DNA of 64,000 nucleotides, from contig CM059431.1 of the NCBI GenBank assembly GCA_030390025.1, positions 115,694,001-115,758,000 of the forward strand. The letters run 5' to 3'. The first letter of the stretch is position 1, and every line of letters begins with the position of its first letter. The notes beneath the pieces are model-generated. The model was not told where the DNA came from and searched no databases. It worked only from the letters and a program-made list of their open reading frames with translations. The DNA comes from Squalus acanthias (lineage: Eukaryota). Both the position numbers and the translations under genes were made by a program. Shown here in pieces: positions 63,431 through 64,000 of the stretch.

Positions 63431-64000
63431 CTGAATTTCTGCAGGACTCTCTGGGAGTGCAAAGGAACGTGTGGGAACTAGGCTAGGATCTGGATAGGCC
63501 AGATCGCAACCTGTGCTGGAAGTTTCTGGGAGGGCCTATTTGGGGTAGAACTCCATGATGTTGGGAAGTGATATAGCTGGGGAAAAGAATTCCAAGGCTG
63601 GGGAAGTTCAACGGCCCTGGTCTGGATTACACTGGCCATCCGGCACACTGGGAGGAATAAGGCATACTGGCCTTGCGAGAGAGATGTCTGAGGACCACCT
63701 GGGGATCTAAGCCTGGGTTCTGGCCTGGGCTCCTAAAGACAGCTCTTTATTGAAACTGGGTCTCCTTATAAGAGGGGCCAACTGACATGCATTAAACACC
63801 TGATTGTGCAGTGGTATCAGCTGGCCTGCAAGTGGCTGGCTTCCGCCACTTTCACTGTCACCCTCTTCTGGCAGGGGCCCAACATGTACTCATTGTGGTG
63901 CAGGAATTTGCTGATAATATGTTAATGAGGGAACTTCTGCCCTCAGATACTTTGGTGGCATCAGGAGCAGAAGTTCCCAGTTGGCGCTCCCTTACACTGG

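Overview
Eukaryotic genomic DNA, almost certainly from a cartilaginous fish (shark-type HE1/V-SINE, SacSINE1-like DeuSINEs and HER1-like CR1 LINEs). It looks intronic or intergenic, and I recognise no host protein-coding gene. Most of the window is nested transposable elements. These include 5'-truncated Neptune-type Penelope-like elements (GIY-YIG endonuclease) whose 3' pseudo-LTRs carry minimal hammerhead ribozyme motifs, and fold-back Penelope mini-elements centred on the hammerhead core. There is a near-complete GC-rich Ty3/Gypsy element (CsRn1-like, 45841-50943) with a MITE in its 5' LTR. Also present are a decayed two-gene PIF/Harbinger transposon (about 14490-18570), many GG...CC-ended MITEs with 3-bp target duplications and internal hairpins, CR1/L2 LINE fragments and tRNA-derived SINEs. 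Two things remain unexplained: a 95-bp inverted, apparently templated insertion inside a LINE tail, and a roughly 2-kb non-repeat island (35.5-37.5 kb) with a Cys-rich 70-aa ORF. Element boundaries without target duplications are approximate, and all family calls are by eye.
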